Below are positions 38,801 to 52,520 of a DNA stretch of 64,000 nt, piece by piece (within the stretch, counting starts at the first letter, position 1; every line of letters starts with the position of its first letter). This DNA is from Balanoglossus misakiensis (taxonomy: Eukaryota; Animalia; Hemichordata). Under the pieces are notes generated by a model. The model was not told the DNA's origin. It made no database searches and was given only the letters and a program-made list of their open reading frames with translations. Where the stretch lies: positions 4,464,001-4,528,000 of the forward strand of contig CM082590.2 in assembly GCA_040954595.2 (NCBI GenBank), given 5' to 3'. Made by a program: the position numbers and the translations under genes.

Positions 38801-41165
38801 TCCAACAAAAAGTTTGTATACTTTAAATTATTTTACAATTAAGTGAATCATAAAACACTTTGACCTTGCTTTAATGTATATGTACCAGAGTCAATAACAC
38901 TGAAATGAAAATATATGTTATGTGGAATAGAGATTTCATGTGTGTTTGTTTTCTAAATTCTGAACTACAGCTTTGACACACCTCCCTGTTTGACCTTGGC
39001 ATGACACTGGGGTTTCCATTCATGTGTATTGCTTGCTCATGTACAATACGTATTGTTGTTTTCGATATTCTGATGGTTTAGTTTGAAGTTTATTGGTATG
39101 CTGTCTGTTCAGCTTGGTATGTACAGGTACGTATCAGAAGCAGTTTACTTTGGGTCTTAAAGATTAAATACTGTTTGTTCTATTGGCTTTACGCGTATAG
39201 ACTTTGACGGAAACCACTCACCACACTTAATATATAGCACAGGGTGTTTGTTTAGTCGGTAGAAAAACACTCCACCACAATCAAGTAGCTAAAAACATTT
39301 TTCAACCAGATCGTGATAAAATCGGAATTATCGTTAGCTACAGTTTATACATCTGACCTGGTTTCAAATCGCTGTAATTTGTAACTATGTAAACAAAGAA
39401 CATAGCAACCACAACCAAGACAGAAAAACGGCCGAAAAATTCGATTCTTAATGCATTATTCACAATTTCCAAACCATACGAGTGTTCGTAAAACGTTTGT
39501 AACTCAGTGATTTGATTTTCTATCCCCAAATAGGTTATTTGTAGAAATTGATCCTAGCAGAAATTCATCGAGTTTGGTGCGTTCTGCCTGCGCGTCGCTC
39601 TACCATTGATTACAATGGCAAAGCTACGAAAACGTCGACCGTCAAGCAAAACATATCGGCAGATTTCTCGAATTTGAAGGGTGAACCTAAAACACCACAA
39701 CGAGCAGATTGTTCCATGATATCTATATAACATGTTGATATATCATTTTCGTTCTAAAATGTTAGAGTAAAAATTTTGAACGAGAGAGGAATGGCGACAG
39801 CATTTAGGCAAAGCAGACGCACCAAAGGAACTGCGTCCACCCGCAATATACGTAGATTGCACCTGATTATACTCAATCAATGTTCCTGTACTTGCAACAG
39901 TATCCAGTATTTCGCAAAATACACTGTATATTATATCATCAGGTCTTCTGTAGAGTCATTAAATACTGTCTGTTTGGAACTGTCAGACTGAAACAGCTTT
40001 CTAGATGACCTTTTATGATTTCTACAACTTTTCACATTTATTCACATTTAGGAAATGCTCCATTGTCTAACTCCATCCCAGATGTGCCCTAGATATAACT
40101 CAAATCATGCCTAACAGGAAAAGGACAAACCATTTTGACATCGGGCAATATGCAGTCCAACAAAAATAAGGCCAGAGATATAGCTAGAGACATACAACTA
40201 CAACAGCTGTTAGATGCTGAGTTAGCTGCAAAGACACTGCCAGAAAAAAGTTAAGAGCAAGTCAGAGAATAGATACAAGCTAGGGGCATGGGCGAGAGAG
40301 AGAAAGCGTAGACGTGAGGAAGAGGTAGCTCAGTACAGAGAGAAAATGCAGAAATTAGATGCAAAGAGGAGACTAGTCGACAGGGACAGTAAGCAACTAA
40401 ACAGGCTAGCAAAGAAGCAAAGGAGATTAGCTGGAAATAGGGTTAAGCTTAATCAGGAGGTAAGATAATAATTATATAGAAGAAATTTAGCTTCATTTCA
40501 GATTTTCACAAGATTTATGATTACAAGCAGTATAGGAAAATATCCAACAAAAAGTTTGTATACTTTAAATTATTTTACAATTAAGTGAATCATAAAACAC
40601 TTTGACCTTGTTTTAATGTATATGTACCAGAGTCAATAACACTGAAATGAAAATATCTATTATGTGGAATAGAGATTTCATGTGTGTTTGTTTTCTTAAT
40701 TCTGAACTACAGCTTTGACACACCTCCCTGTTTGACCTTGGCATTACACTGGGGTTTCCATTTATGCATATTGCTAGCTTATGTGACATTGCCTCTCTGT
40801 TTGACCTTGGCATGACACTGAGATTTCCATTCATGTGTATTGCTTGCTCATGTACAATACGTAATGTTGTTTTCGATATTCTGATGGTTTAGTTTGAAGT
40901 TTATTGGTATGCTGTCTGTTCAGCTTGGTATGTCCAGGTACGTATCAGAAGCAGTTTACTTTGGGTTGTTAAGATTAAACACTGTTTATTTTATTGGTTT
41001 TACGCGCATAGACGTTGACGCAAACCGCTCAACACATTTAATATATAGCCCAAGGTGTTTGTTTAGTCGGCAGAAAAACATTCACCACAATCAAGTAGCT
41101 ACAAACATTTTTTTTCAACCAGATCGTGATAAAGTCAGGAATTATCGTGAGTTACAGTTTATACA
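23822..41165 (+). repeat. Macrosatellite of about 10 tandem copies of a ~1737-bp unit, with a partial upstream copy at about 21580-21970
   Basis: Homologous ORFs recur at 23914, 25651, 27388, 29125, 30862, 32599, 34336, 36071, 37813 and 39548 (period 1737, then 1735/1742/1735). Units are near-identical. Confidence 0.98.
24411..24818 (+). pseudogene. Decayed exon-like segment encoding a basic coiled-coil peptide, present in every satellite unit
   Basis: Bounded by cacatttag| and GAG|gtaaga. It reads ...MQSNKNKARDIARDIQLQQLLDAELAAKTLPEK, then a 1-nt shift in an A run, then VKSKSENRYKLGAWARERKRRREEEVAQYREKMQKLDANRRLVDRASKQLNRLAKKQRRL.... Two upstream in-frame stops. Confidence 0.5.
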
Positions 41166-44030
41166 GCTGTTTGGCACAATATTGTCGCAAACATGGCCCC
41201 TTTAGTGGAACAATTTCTTATTTGCCATAAGAGGCTGTGTTTATTTCGCATTTTTTTAATTATTCATCGGGCAATTCCAGCGCTGGCTATGCTCAGGACT
41301 ATACTGTATCATACATGCATGCAACGCCTGCATTTAGTTATGTGTTATTATTCTAACTGAAGATATGATCCCTTATTTTCACTAGTGGAAATACAGAGAT
41401 GGATTTAAACTGTGTGGTCGGCACTATTTTTGAGAATTAACGTGCTAAATTATCACACTGACAGTGTGGGATGATATCGAAACCAGATGCAATTTTGTTT
41501 GGTTACATATATCTGTGAGGCCACATTATTGATCAAAATCACACTAACTCACAACGTGATCATGTGACAAAATTTTGACTCTTTGCTGGGCAACTCGTCA
41601 CAATATGAAAAATATGAAACGCAATAATTTTTGTAATATCTCTTAAATAATCACCATAATGTAATATCGAAATGTCAGGAAATGACAGGTGTTGAATAGA
41701 TCTCGTTTAGGATAGACTGAGAAACGTGTAAACACAACTTTTCAATGTAAACAAAAAATGTCAACATGCACTGTGTACTCGTTCCTCAAAAACAAAAGTC
41801 AAGCGGACGTGCCCATCGTGAATAATGATCGTTTATTAAAAATATGGTTTAGATGTTCAGGATATTAATTATCAATACGTCTTCTTTTTAAATTGTTGAA
41901 TAAATTCAAGAGAACTTGTTGGATAATTTCAAACTTTGTACAAGTTTCAAAAACTAATTATTGCAAAATGAATTTAATGTTGTTTTGAACTCGATACACT
42001 TAAATGTACGAATAATCTCACATATGCTTTTAATTATGTTTAGTAAATGATATTTCATGATAATATATCAAACTCAACACTTATTTATGACAAAATGGCC
42101 AAAAATTAAAGAAAAACAAAAATTCCTGCAATTTTAAAAAAGTGCAATATTGCAATTAAAAATGAAAATCTGATGTCTCAGTGGTGTACATTTACTTTCA
42201 TGAGCTCAAGTGGATGAGATCATGTTTTGTTTATGAAGTTTCATGACCGGAAATGCAACATTTGTATTGTTTCTTGCATTTTCCCACGGTGGCAGCCATA
42301 ATCGCTTGCGACAAAGCTTTATTATTTATCTGGTTAAAACTTGCATATGCACTCATATTTAGGGTTTATAATGCTTGTGTATAGTTCACTGCCTTTATCT
42401 GCATGGACTATTGGTAGTACAGTTTGAAACAAAAATTATGAAAATAATCCCAAAAGTTGCAGCTTACGTGCCTTTAACACCGATTTCTGAATGACACACC
42501 GTCAAAGCCAGTATACACAGTAAGAAAACTCGCTGAATGACAGAGCAAACAACCTTAAAAGAACCGCACAGAGATAACAACACCGCTTAGCGTGCATGGT
42601 TTACTGCTGTCCACACCTGCCTCGCAAAATGGAATTCAACTGAAAACACTCGACGTCATTTATTGCAACCAGTGTTGGATTATGCACACACAATAATACC
42701 GCGGCTGTCCAGATAAAAATAGACATAAATAGTGTCGTAAATCTGACTTCCCATCAGGTATCTGGCAATGTTAATTGTCAATTCGTGTAAAATATATCTT
42801 CTGGACTATATTTTCGTAGAGGGACATGCATGGGATAACAAAAACATGGAGACTGAGATAAAGTAAAACTATTAAGATAAGAACAGCAGTATAAGACCCA
42901 CGTTGACAAAAGTTTAGACGGTTCAGCCTTAGTTTGGATTTCCAATCCTGTACTACTGCTGTCCTCCCTCTTGTCGCGAGAATGACCTTCATCAACACCT
43001 TCATCTGATTATATTTCGAGTCAGTGAGACAGTACGTGTACCAGTGTTAATTGTGTCATCGTATCAGCACCGTTCATTCGCATTAATCCTTTTCGACTAG
43101 GATTTATTAAAACCGAAAACCAGTGTCTATTAAATTTTTCAGCCAATATTGATTTTATTGCTGTTATCAGCGCTGTCTCAGTGGTACGGAGTAAAGGAGT
43201 ATGGGGAATATTTGTGACATGACCACTATAAAATGTATTCATAAATGTGACCTTTCAGCTATGATGTTTTGGACTATATGTACATCGAGAATTGTTGTTG
43301 TGGATATTCCGATCCGTGGAATCCGTTTTGAAATTAATTGTCATACAAACAATCTATTCAGCTTGTAATCAGAAGAAATTTACTTAGGTTCTTAAAGATT
43401 AAATATATGTATACTGTTTATTTATTTGGCTTTATGGCATACCGAAGCCACTCAACACATTTTATAGCACAGAATGTTTTAGTTGGTAGAGAAATACTCC
43501 GCCATTCAAACACACAATCAAGCAGGATATAATCACTTCTCAACCAGGTCGCGATAACGTCAGGATTATCATGAGCTAGAATTCATACAGCTGTTTTGCA
43601 TTCAACACATTGACGTAAACTATTCCCCTCCCCTTGTACAGTTTCTGCGTTGCCAGAAGAGACCATGTTTTATTTCTCATATTTAGAATTAATCAATCAT
43701 TCATCGGCCAGTTACAGAGTTGACGTAACGGAGCCAATCAGAATGTACGTCTCACAAATGTGTTCACATATAAATTAAACCGTTACTTGTCCAGTTCTAT
43801 TCTATTTCGACTGCAGATCGCTGTCTTACGTGAATGTTGCATAATTGTTTTGGGGTTTTGTGCTACTCCGTTTTCTTGGCAAGCTCAGTCGAGCAGTGAT
43901 GACTGTGTTCTAACCAGTACAACGGTAAATCCTGACACGTTAAGTAGATTCATGAGTGTGAGTACACATATGTTCCACAGTAGATTGCATCGAGGACACA
44001 CTGTACTGTCTACAGAATCGCATGTCAGAA

Positions 44031-44435
44031 TAGTCTAGTATCTAGCCGTATTTTGTCCGCTTTGCTTCCAAAACTAACGTCTAGCCTCACTCATGCCACT
44101 GGCCCAGTAAAACCCCATACCCCTTGCTGGGAGTTGTGATGTAACTAGCGTCTCTCTGAAGTCAATCAGAGACTTTGTTGTTCTAATGATTGGACAAAGG
44201 ATATACATATGCGTAATTAAGGATGGGTAACATTTTGAATTCACATGAGAGATGCATTCACTATAACCTTACACCCGATCACCATTGTTCAGTTCATGTG
44301 AATGACTTCAGAGTGAAGCTAGTGATATCACAATTCCCAGCAAGGGGTATGGGGTTTTATTAGGCCAATGGCATGGTTGAAGCTAGGCGTTGTTTTGGAA
44401 GCAAAGCGGACAAAATACGGCTAAATACTAGACTA
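44031..44435. mobile_element. TAG-terminated MITE of about 405 bp with TIRs of about 120 bp and a degenerate 9-bp TSD
   Basis: tagtctagtatctagccgtattttgtccgctttgcttccaaaac / gttttggaagcaaagcggacaaaatacggctaaatactagacta. Flanks are atgtcagaa / gtgtctgcc. Confidence 0.8.
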
Positions 44436-46029
44436 GTGTCTGCCTGGCCATGGAAAAAGTCCTCAGAATTTCGGTAGATTTTCCATCGAATATCGTTAAT
44501 GTTGTAAAGAAATTGCAGTTGATAGATTATGGAACATCTACAGAACTTTCTGTAAGAATGCGCCACTTTGCAACGTAAACAAAAAGTGTCGCGATGCACT
44601 GTGAACTTGTTCTTTTAAAACAAAAATAAAGCAAATACGTCCACAAATTGCAATGATCATTCATTTCAATACTATATTAGATGTTCATGATATAAACTTA
44701 GAATTTCCTTTTGCCTGCCAACATCATCTTTTTATAAATGTCAATTAAATTCAAGAAGACTCGTGGCATCATTTCAAAATATTAATTCCTACATACAAAG
44801 TAATAATTGCTAAATTAGCTAACTTTAGTCTTATTTCACTTACCGCCGAGTTCTGAATGACACGCCGTCAAAGGCACTGGACGTCGACCTGCATACACGG
44901 TCAGAATACTCGCTGTATGACAGAGCAGACAGCTTTAAAGGAACCGCATTGATAACAGCGTCACTTTGCATGGTTTATTGCTGTCCACCACTGCCTTGCA
45001 CAAATGGAATTCAACTGAAACCACTCGACGTCATTTATTGCTACTAGTGTTTACCTTTACACACACAAAATACCCCTGCTGTAAACTATCATCATATAAA
45101 GTTTAAGTCTAAAATTTTTTCTTCTCTATAAAATGCAAGTATGAGTTTTACCAGCTGTTTTGTAATGCAAATTGTCCATTCTTTTGTGCATATATGTGTT
45201 GGAATGTATTAGCGCAGCGGGGGGGGGGGGGGCATCTTTTAAAGATTAAATACTGTTCAATCTATTGGCTGTATGCGTATAGACTTTGGCGCAAACCACT
45301 CAACACACTTAATATATAGCACAGAATGTTTGTTTAGTCGGCAGAAAAACACTCCACCACAATCAAGTAACATACAAACATTTTTCAACCAGATCGCGAT
45401 AAAGTCAGGATTTATCGTGAGCTACAGGTCATACAGCTGTTTGGCAAAATATTGTCGCAACAATGACCCCTTTAGAGCACATCTTCTTTTTAAAATCTCG
45501 AATACATTCAAGAATCCTTGTTGCATCATTTCCAACTTCCACAAACAAACAAATAATTGTAATCTTAGCTGACTTCAGTCTTGAACTGAATACACTCAAC
45601 ATAGATTTCTGAATGACAGGCCGCCAACGCCACTGGACACCGACCTGCATAAACGGTCAGAAAACTCGCTGAATGACAGAGCAAACAACTTTAAAAGAAC
45701 CGCACCGATAACAACACCGCTTAGCATGCATGGTTTACTGCTGTCCACACCTGCCTCGCACAAATGGAATTCAACTGAAACCACTCGACGTCATTTATTG
45801 CAACCAGTGTTTATCTTTACGCACAGAAAAATACCCTAGCTGTAAAATATAAACATATAAAGAATGTTCAAGTCTGAATTCGCTCCTCTCTATAAAGTAT
45901 AAATTTTATATCCGTCAACTGTCTTGTAATGTTCATTGTCGATTCGGGTATAGAGACATATGCTGGAATGAATTAGCGTAGCGCGGGCATGTGTCGAATT
46001 TCAGATATAAGAAAACAACTGAGATTATT

Positions 46030-46192
46030 ATATATAATCCCATGATATTTTTATATGTTTGAAGTCATCGTATAAGAGTGATTTTCGCTGAGCCGTGCAA
46101 CTTCCATCCGTAGATGAGAAGTTGTACGACTTCGTGAAAACTACGAGTATACGATGACGTTAAACAAAGAAAAACATCACGGGATTATATAT
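46030..46192. repeat. Imperfect palindrome of about 165 bp, also at about 50049-50211 and 56626-56788; possibly the end of a Crypton-like repeat
   Basis: atatataatccc...gggattatatat outer arms, with inner gtcatcgtata / tatacgatgac. Confidence 0.6.
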
Positions 46193-48563
46193 TTATCACA
46201 TGAACAGTCTTCTCATTTTTCGCTAGAAGAGGTAGGATAAAAATATTCCAATATCTTGCTAAAATATCGAGCGGCCTTGTAGTTTATTTAGCGGGATTAC
46301 GTTCTTTCCCCTGTGCAACGATCGGTGACCCTCATGAGATATGCTAATGATGGAATCTCTTTCATTCATAAAGTGAAATCGACTTTCAAGTTTTATACAC
46401 CTTGCGTCTTGTCTGTAGTCAGGCGGAGTAATACACTGTTTTATAGTTGTAACGCGACACTTGTCGCACTAATACATTGTTCTTGCCCAGTGCGCTTACA
46501 CTGGACAGAAACACAATGACCGATGGGTCGGAAATAAGTCAAATTCTGACGGGTAGTTTTGTTATACAGTTAAGTTAAACGTAGCATGACGGAGGTTTAT
46601 AAAAAGCTATCAATCATATTCGCCGAGTCAGTCACATGGGCTAACTTTGACACATTATGCCTGTCAATCATTGTCTCGCGCTGTGTGCGTGTCAACACAA
46701 CGTCCTAGCAAGTGAGTCATCGCGTCGAGTCCGCCCGCAAAGTTATGCTACAAGTTGTTGTTTGACAGAAAAAGTGACACGCTTCATGCAAAACTTTATG
46801 AAAAAATAAACACAAGTCTATTGCCATGAACTTCGACGTTTTTCCACGTCTTATACATTTTGTTGACGGGTGGACAGAATACAGAGTTTTAGTCGTCCCG
46901 CTCAGCTGACTCGAAACTATTTCCGTAACTTCCGTAAGCCTAATATCAAGTCTGCTGGCTCGCTCGGGACCAGGCTCGCCAGTTGCAAGCACACATCCAC
47001 GATCGTAGCGTCGACTTTTCAAATTCTACCTTTCTCGTATTGATTTTACCCAGCGATATTCTCATGGAACCGTCATTTTTATTTCAATTATGTACAACCA
47101 CGGGTACAAGCACTTGTTATTCCGTTTTACAAGAAAGTTACAGCGACGGCCGAATCAGCGAAAATAATTCCGGTTGATGACGTAGAACAGGGGGTAAAAT
47201 CGGATTTTTTATTCGACCTTTTTACGGCACACAGGTAGCTAAACGGGCCAGTTCATGCGATATATTATAACATTCAGCACAAAGAGGGAACTGAAGAGGC
47301 TTATCAATCAAGAATTTATGAGGCGAGACATGTTTGAAGGGCAATTGACACATGACCCACAACACACGCACTGATAAGAACACCAGTATCAGACCCACGT
47401 TGACAAACAGTTTTAGACAGGTCAGGCCAATTTTTGTTTTCCATCCCTGTACCATGTTGTCCCCTCTCTGGGCGCACACCAAGTCAACCGGATACAACGC
47501 CCTCACATGTGCAACGAATGTAAATGTTTTTGTTAGGCAACTGCTTGCAGAATCTGGCCTACACCTTCATCTGAATACATTTGGAGTCAGTGAGACTCCA
47601 TGTGTGCCAGTGTTAATTGTGTCATATTTATCACCACCGTTCATCCACATTAGTACTTTTGACTAAAATTGATTAAAACATAGACCAGCCACTATTCATT
47701 CTTATCAGCGCTCTCCCACTGGTACTAAGTAAATGAGTATGGAGGACATCCGTTCCATCACATTACCACTACAAAATTAATTCACATATTTGACCTTCCA
47801 GCTATGATGTTTTGGACTATATACATCAAGTATTGTTTTTGTTGATATTCCAATCTGGTGATTTGTTTTTGAATTAATTGTCATACAGCCTATTCAGCTT
47901 GTAATCAGAAGCAACTTACTCTAGGTCTTAAAGATTAAATACTGTTTGTCCTATCAGATTTATGGCATTCGAAACCACTGCAACACATTTAATATGTAGC
48001 TCAGAATGTTTGTTTAGTTGGTAGAGAAATACCATTCAAACACAAAATCAAGCAGCATAAAGAAACACTTCTCAACCAGATCGCGATAAAGTCACGATTA
48101 TCATGAGCTAGAATTCATACAGCTGTTTTGCATTCAACACATAGACGTAAACTATTCCCCACCCCCTTGTACAGTTTCTGCGTTGCCAGAAGAGACCATG
48201 TTTTATTTCTCATATTTAGAATTAATCAATCATTCATCGGCCTGTTACAGAGTTGACGAAACGCAGCCAATCAGAATGTACGTCTCACAAATGTGTTCAC
48301 ATATAAATTAAACCGTTACTTGTCCAGTACTATTCTATTTCGACTGCAGATCGCTGTCTTACGTGAATGTTGCATGATTGTTTTGGGGTTTTGTGCTACT
48401 CCGTTTTCTTGGCAAGCTCAGTCAAGCAGTGATGACTGTGTTCTGACCAGTACAACGGTAAATCCTGACACGTTAAGTAGCTTCATGAGTGTGAGTACAC
48501 ATATGTTCCACAGTAGATTGCATCGAGGACACACTGTTCTGTCTACAGAATCGCGTGTCAGAA

Positions 48564-48699
48564 TAGTCAAGTATCTAGCCGTATTTTGTCCGCTTTGCTT
48601 CCAAAACTACGTCTAACTTCAATCATGCCACTGGCCAAATAAAACCCCATACATTGTTTTGGAAGCAAGGCGGACAAAATACGGCTAGATACTAGACTA
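48564..48699. mobile_element. Internally deleted copy of the 44031-44435 MITE
   Basis: Same termini, flanks gtgtcagaa / gtgtctgca. A paralogous empty site gtgtctgca lies at about 59695. Confidence 0.75.
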
Positions 48700-51600
48700 G
48701 TGTCTGCATGGCCATGGAAAAAGTCCTCAGAAATTCGGTAGATTTTCTATTTTCTGAGAATTTCCATTTGCCAGCCAACATCATATTTTTACAATGTCAA
48801 TTAAATTCAAAATATTAATTCCTACATACAAACTAATAATTGGCAAATTAGTTAAACTTTAGTCTTATTACACTTACCGCCGAGTTCTGAATGACACGCC
48901 GTCAAAGCCACTGGACGTCGACCTGCATACACGGTCAGAATAGTCGCTGTATGACAGAGCAGACAACTTTAAAGGAACCGCATTGATAACAGCGTCACTT
49001 TGCATGGTTTATTGCTGTCCACCACTGCCTTGCACAAATGGAATTCAACCGAAACCACTCGACGTCATTTATTGCTACTAGTGTTTAATACCTTTACACA
49101 CACAAAATACCCCTGCTGTAAACTATCAGCATACAAAGTTTAACTCTAAAGTTTTTTCTTCTCTATAAAATGCAAGTATGAGTTTTACCAGCTGTTTTGT
49201 AATGCAAAATTTCCATTCTCTTGTGCATATATGTGTTGGAATGTATTAGCGTAGCGGGGGGGGGGGCATCTCTTAAAGATTAAATACTGTTTAATCTATT
49301 GGCTTTATGCGTATAGACTTTGGTGGAAACCACTCAACACACTTAATATATAGCACAGGGTGTTTGTTTAGTCGGCAGAAAAACATTCCACCACAATCAA
49401 GTAACACACAAACATTTTTCAACCAGATCACGAGAAAGTCAGGAATTATCGTGAGTAACAGGTCATACAGCTGTTTGGCAAAATATTGTCGCAACCATGG
49501 CCCCTTTAGAGCACTACATCTTCTTTTTAAAATCTCGAATAAATTCAAGAAACCTTGTTGCATCATTTCCAACTTCCACAAACAAACTAATAATTGTAAC
49601 ATTAGCTGACTTCAGTCTTGAACTGAATACACTCAACATAGAATTCTGAATGGCACGCCGTCAACGCCACCGGACACCGACCTGCATACACGGTCAGAAA
49701 ACTCGCTGAATGACAGAGCAAACAACTTTGATAACAACGCCGCTTTGCAAGGTTTATTGCTGTCCACACCTGCCTCGCACAAATGGAATTCAACTGAAAC
49801 CACTCGACGTCATTTATTGCAACCAGTGTTTATCTTTACGCACAGAAAAATACCCTAGCTGTAAAATATAAACATATAGAGAATGTTTAATTCTAAATTC
49901 GTTCCTCTCTATAAAGTATACATTTTATATCCGCCAGCCGTCCTGTAATGTTCATTGTCGATTCGGGTATAGAGGCATATGCTGGAATGAATTAGCGTAG
50001 CGCGGGCATGTGTCGAATTTCAGATATAAGAAAACAACTGAGATTATTATATATAATCCCATGATATTTTTATTTGTTTGAAGTCATCGTATAAGAGTGA
50101 TTTTCGCTGAGCCGTGCAACTTCCAGCCGTAGATGAGAAAATGTACGCCTTCGTGAAAACCACGAGTATACAATGACGTTAAACAAAGAAAAATATCATG
50201 GGATTATATATTTATCACATGAACAGTCTTCTTATATTTCGTTAGAAGAGGTAGGATAAAAATATTCCAATATCTTGCTAAAATATTCGAGCGGCCTTGT
50301 AGTTTATTTAGCGGGATTACGTTCTTTCTCCTGTGCAACGATCTGTGACCCTCACAAGATATGCTAATGATGGAATCACTTTCATTCATAAAGTGAAATC
50401 GACTTTCAAGTTTTATACACCTTGCGTCTTGTCTGTAGTCAGGCGGAGTAATACACTGTTTTATAGTTGTAACGCGACACTTGTCGCACTAATACATTGT
50501 TCTTGCCCAGTGCGCTTACACTGGACTGAAACACAATGACCGATGGGTCGGAAATAAGTCAAATTTTGACGGGTAGTTTTGTTATACAGTTAAGTTAAAC
50601 GTAGCATGACGGAGGTTTATAAAAAACTATCAATCAGATTCGCGGAGTCAGTCACATGGGCCAACTTTGATACATTTTGCCTGTCAATCATCGTCTCGCG
50701 ATGTGTACGTGTCAACACAACGTCCCAGCAAGTCATCGCGTCGAGTTCGTCGAGTTGCTGTTTGACAGAAAAAAGTGACGCGCTTCATGTAAAACTTTAT
50801 GAAAAAATAAACACAAGTCTATTGCCATATATCCCCAAACCGTTAATGTGACAGGATATTAAAAATATTAGTCCAGGAACGGTGTTGTGTTTCCGCAGAA
50901 ATACAAGCCTCGTACAGATCTCAGCCTCGGACCCCAGACAAATGTTTTCGACTCTTTAACAAATGAACTGCGACGTTTTTCCACGTCTTATACATTTTGT
51001 TGACGGGTGGACAGAATACAGAGTTTTAGTTGTCCCGCTCAGCTGACTCGAAACCATTTTCATAACTTCCGTAAGCCTAATATCAAGTCCGCTGGCTCGC
51101 TCGGGACCAGGCTCGCCAGCTGCCAGCACACATCCACGATCGTAGCGTCGACTTTTCTACCTTTCTCGTATTGATTTTACTCAGCGATATTCTCATGGAA
51201 CCGTCATTTTTATTTCAAATATGTACAACCACGGGTACATGCACTTGTTATTCCCATTTAAAAGAAAGTTACAGCGACGGCCGAATCAGCGAAAATAATT
51301 CCGATTGATGACGTAGAACTGGGGGTAAATTTGGATTTTTTTTCGGCAACTGCTTGCAGAATCTGGCCTTCACCTTCATCTGATTACATTTGGAGTCAGT
51401 GACACTCCATGTGTGCCAGTGTTAATTGTGTCATCTTTATCAGCATTGATACTTTTTGACTAAATTCATTAAAACATAGACCAGCCACTATTCATTTTTA
51501 CAGCAACATTTTATGCGTTGCAAGAATAGGCCGTGGTTTAATTCGCAGTTTTATAATTATTAATCGGCCAGTTCCACACTGGCGTCTCATAAATGTGTTC

Positions 51601-52124
51601 ACATGTAAATTAAACTGTCACTTTGCCTACAGCTGAGTATTTTGATTTATACTTCAGATCGCTGACCTGTGTGAGTGTTTGGTGATTGATGGTGATTCGC
51701 TGCTCTGTTTCGGCCTTGGTGTAAATCACAGTCGAGGATTGACCGTGTGTAAATCATTCTGCTCGTGTCCGCTTATTATCCGGAGACTTCAGTGGAGTTG
51801 CAAATGTCTGACGGTCAAAAGGACACTGCTCACACTAGTACACAGTAAATCATAACATGTTGAATAGAATATTGTATTTCAAGGGGTTAATTTTAGAAAT
51901 TTGGGCCAATTAAGAATCTATATGCATAATTGTGTGTATATTGGTAAAATCATTCAGACTATATTTCAGTTCTGTATTCAAAACCTTGTCCACGATCCTA
52001 TACATGCAGTAATACATGCAGTGATAGGACAGGTAGCAATTTCAGGCCTTATCACGAAACCGTGTCTATAGCAAATTGCATAGCTATGTCAGACCAGCTG
52101 TCACATATATTGTGAAAGGCTGGC

Positions 52125-52520
52125 GCCATACCTGCGTCACCTTGAAGGAACTCATGTCCGGTCAGAGGTCATCATTCATTTATCTTGCATGACTCTGGTC
52201 TGACATGTTTATAGACACATTGTAAGAATGACTACAAAGTAACACGGTCATGCATGTATTTCAACAGGTGTTTTATCTCAAGCTAGGACCTGCTGCTTAT
52301 AAAATGTAGTTTATAATAAAGCAGATAACAAGTAACATTCTAAGTAAAAAGTCGTCATGAGAGACCGGGACTTCTCCCACACCACCGAAGATTACAATTA
52401 TACCATCAAAGTGTGGCATACAGAATCTATCCCAGTACTATAGTGGCGTCATGCTTGTTGTAAACTACCAAAATTATGTTGTTGTTTTTGACAGTGCGGG
52501 ATTTGGAAGGATACTGGCTT
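52125..52520 (-). pseudogene. Relic of the ROCO gene's intron 1 and promoter region
   Basis: 52131-52310 resembles 17326-17495 (cctgcgtcacc, tagacacattg, tacaaagtaacac, ggtgttttatct). 52408-52520 resembles 19058-19210 (aaagtgtggcata, tgacagtgcg). Confidence 0.55.

Noticed and set aside
25435-39991. Repeated 60-, 74- and 133-aa ORFs as a tandem gene family
   Set aside because: They overlap on both strands, show no recognisable domain, and are disrupted in B-type units. They recur only because the DNA is a satellite.
23822-41165. CRISPR, rDNA or histone-type array
   Set aside because: There is no short-repeat/unique-spacer structure and no rRNA, snRNA or histone sequence that I can recognise in the unit.
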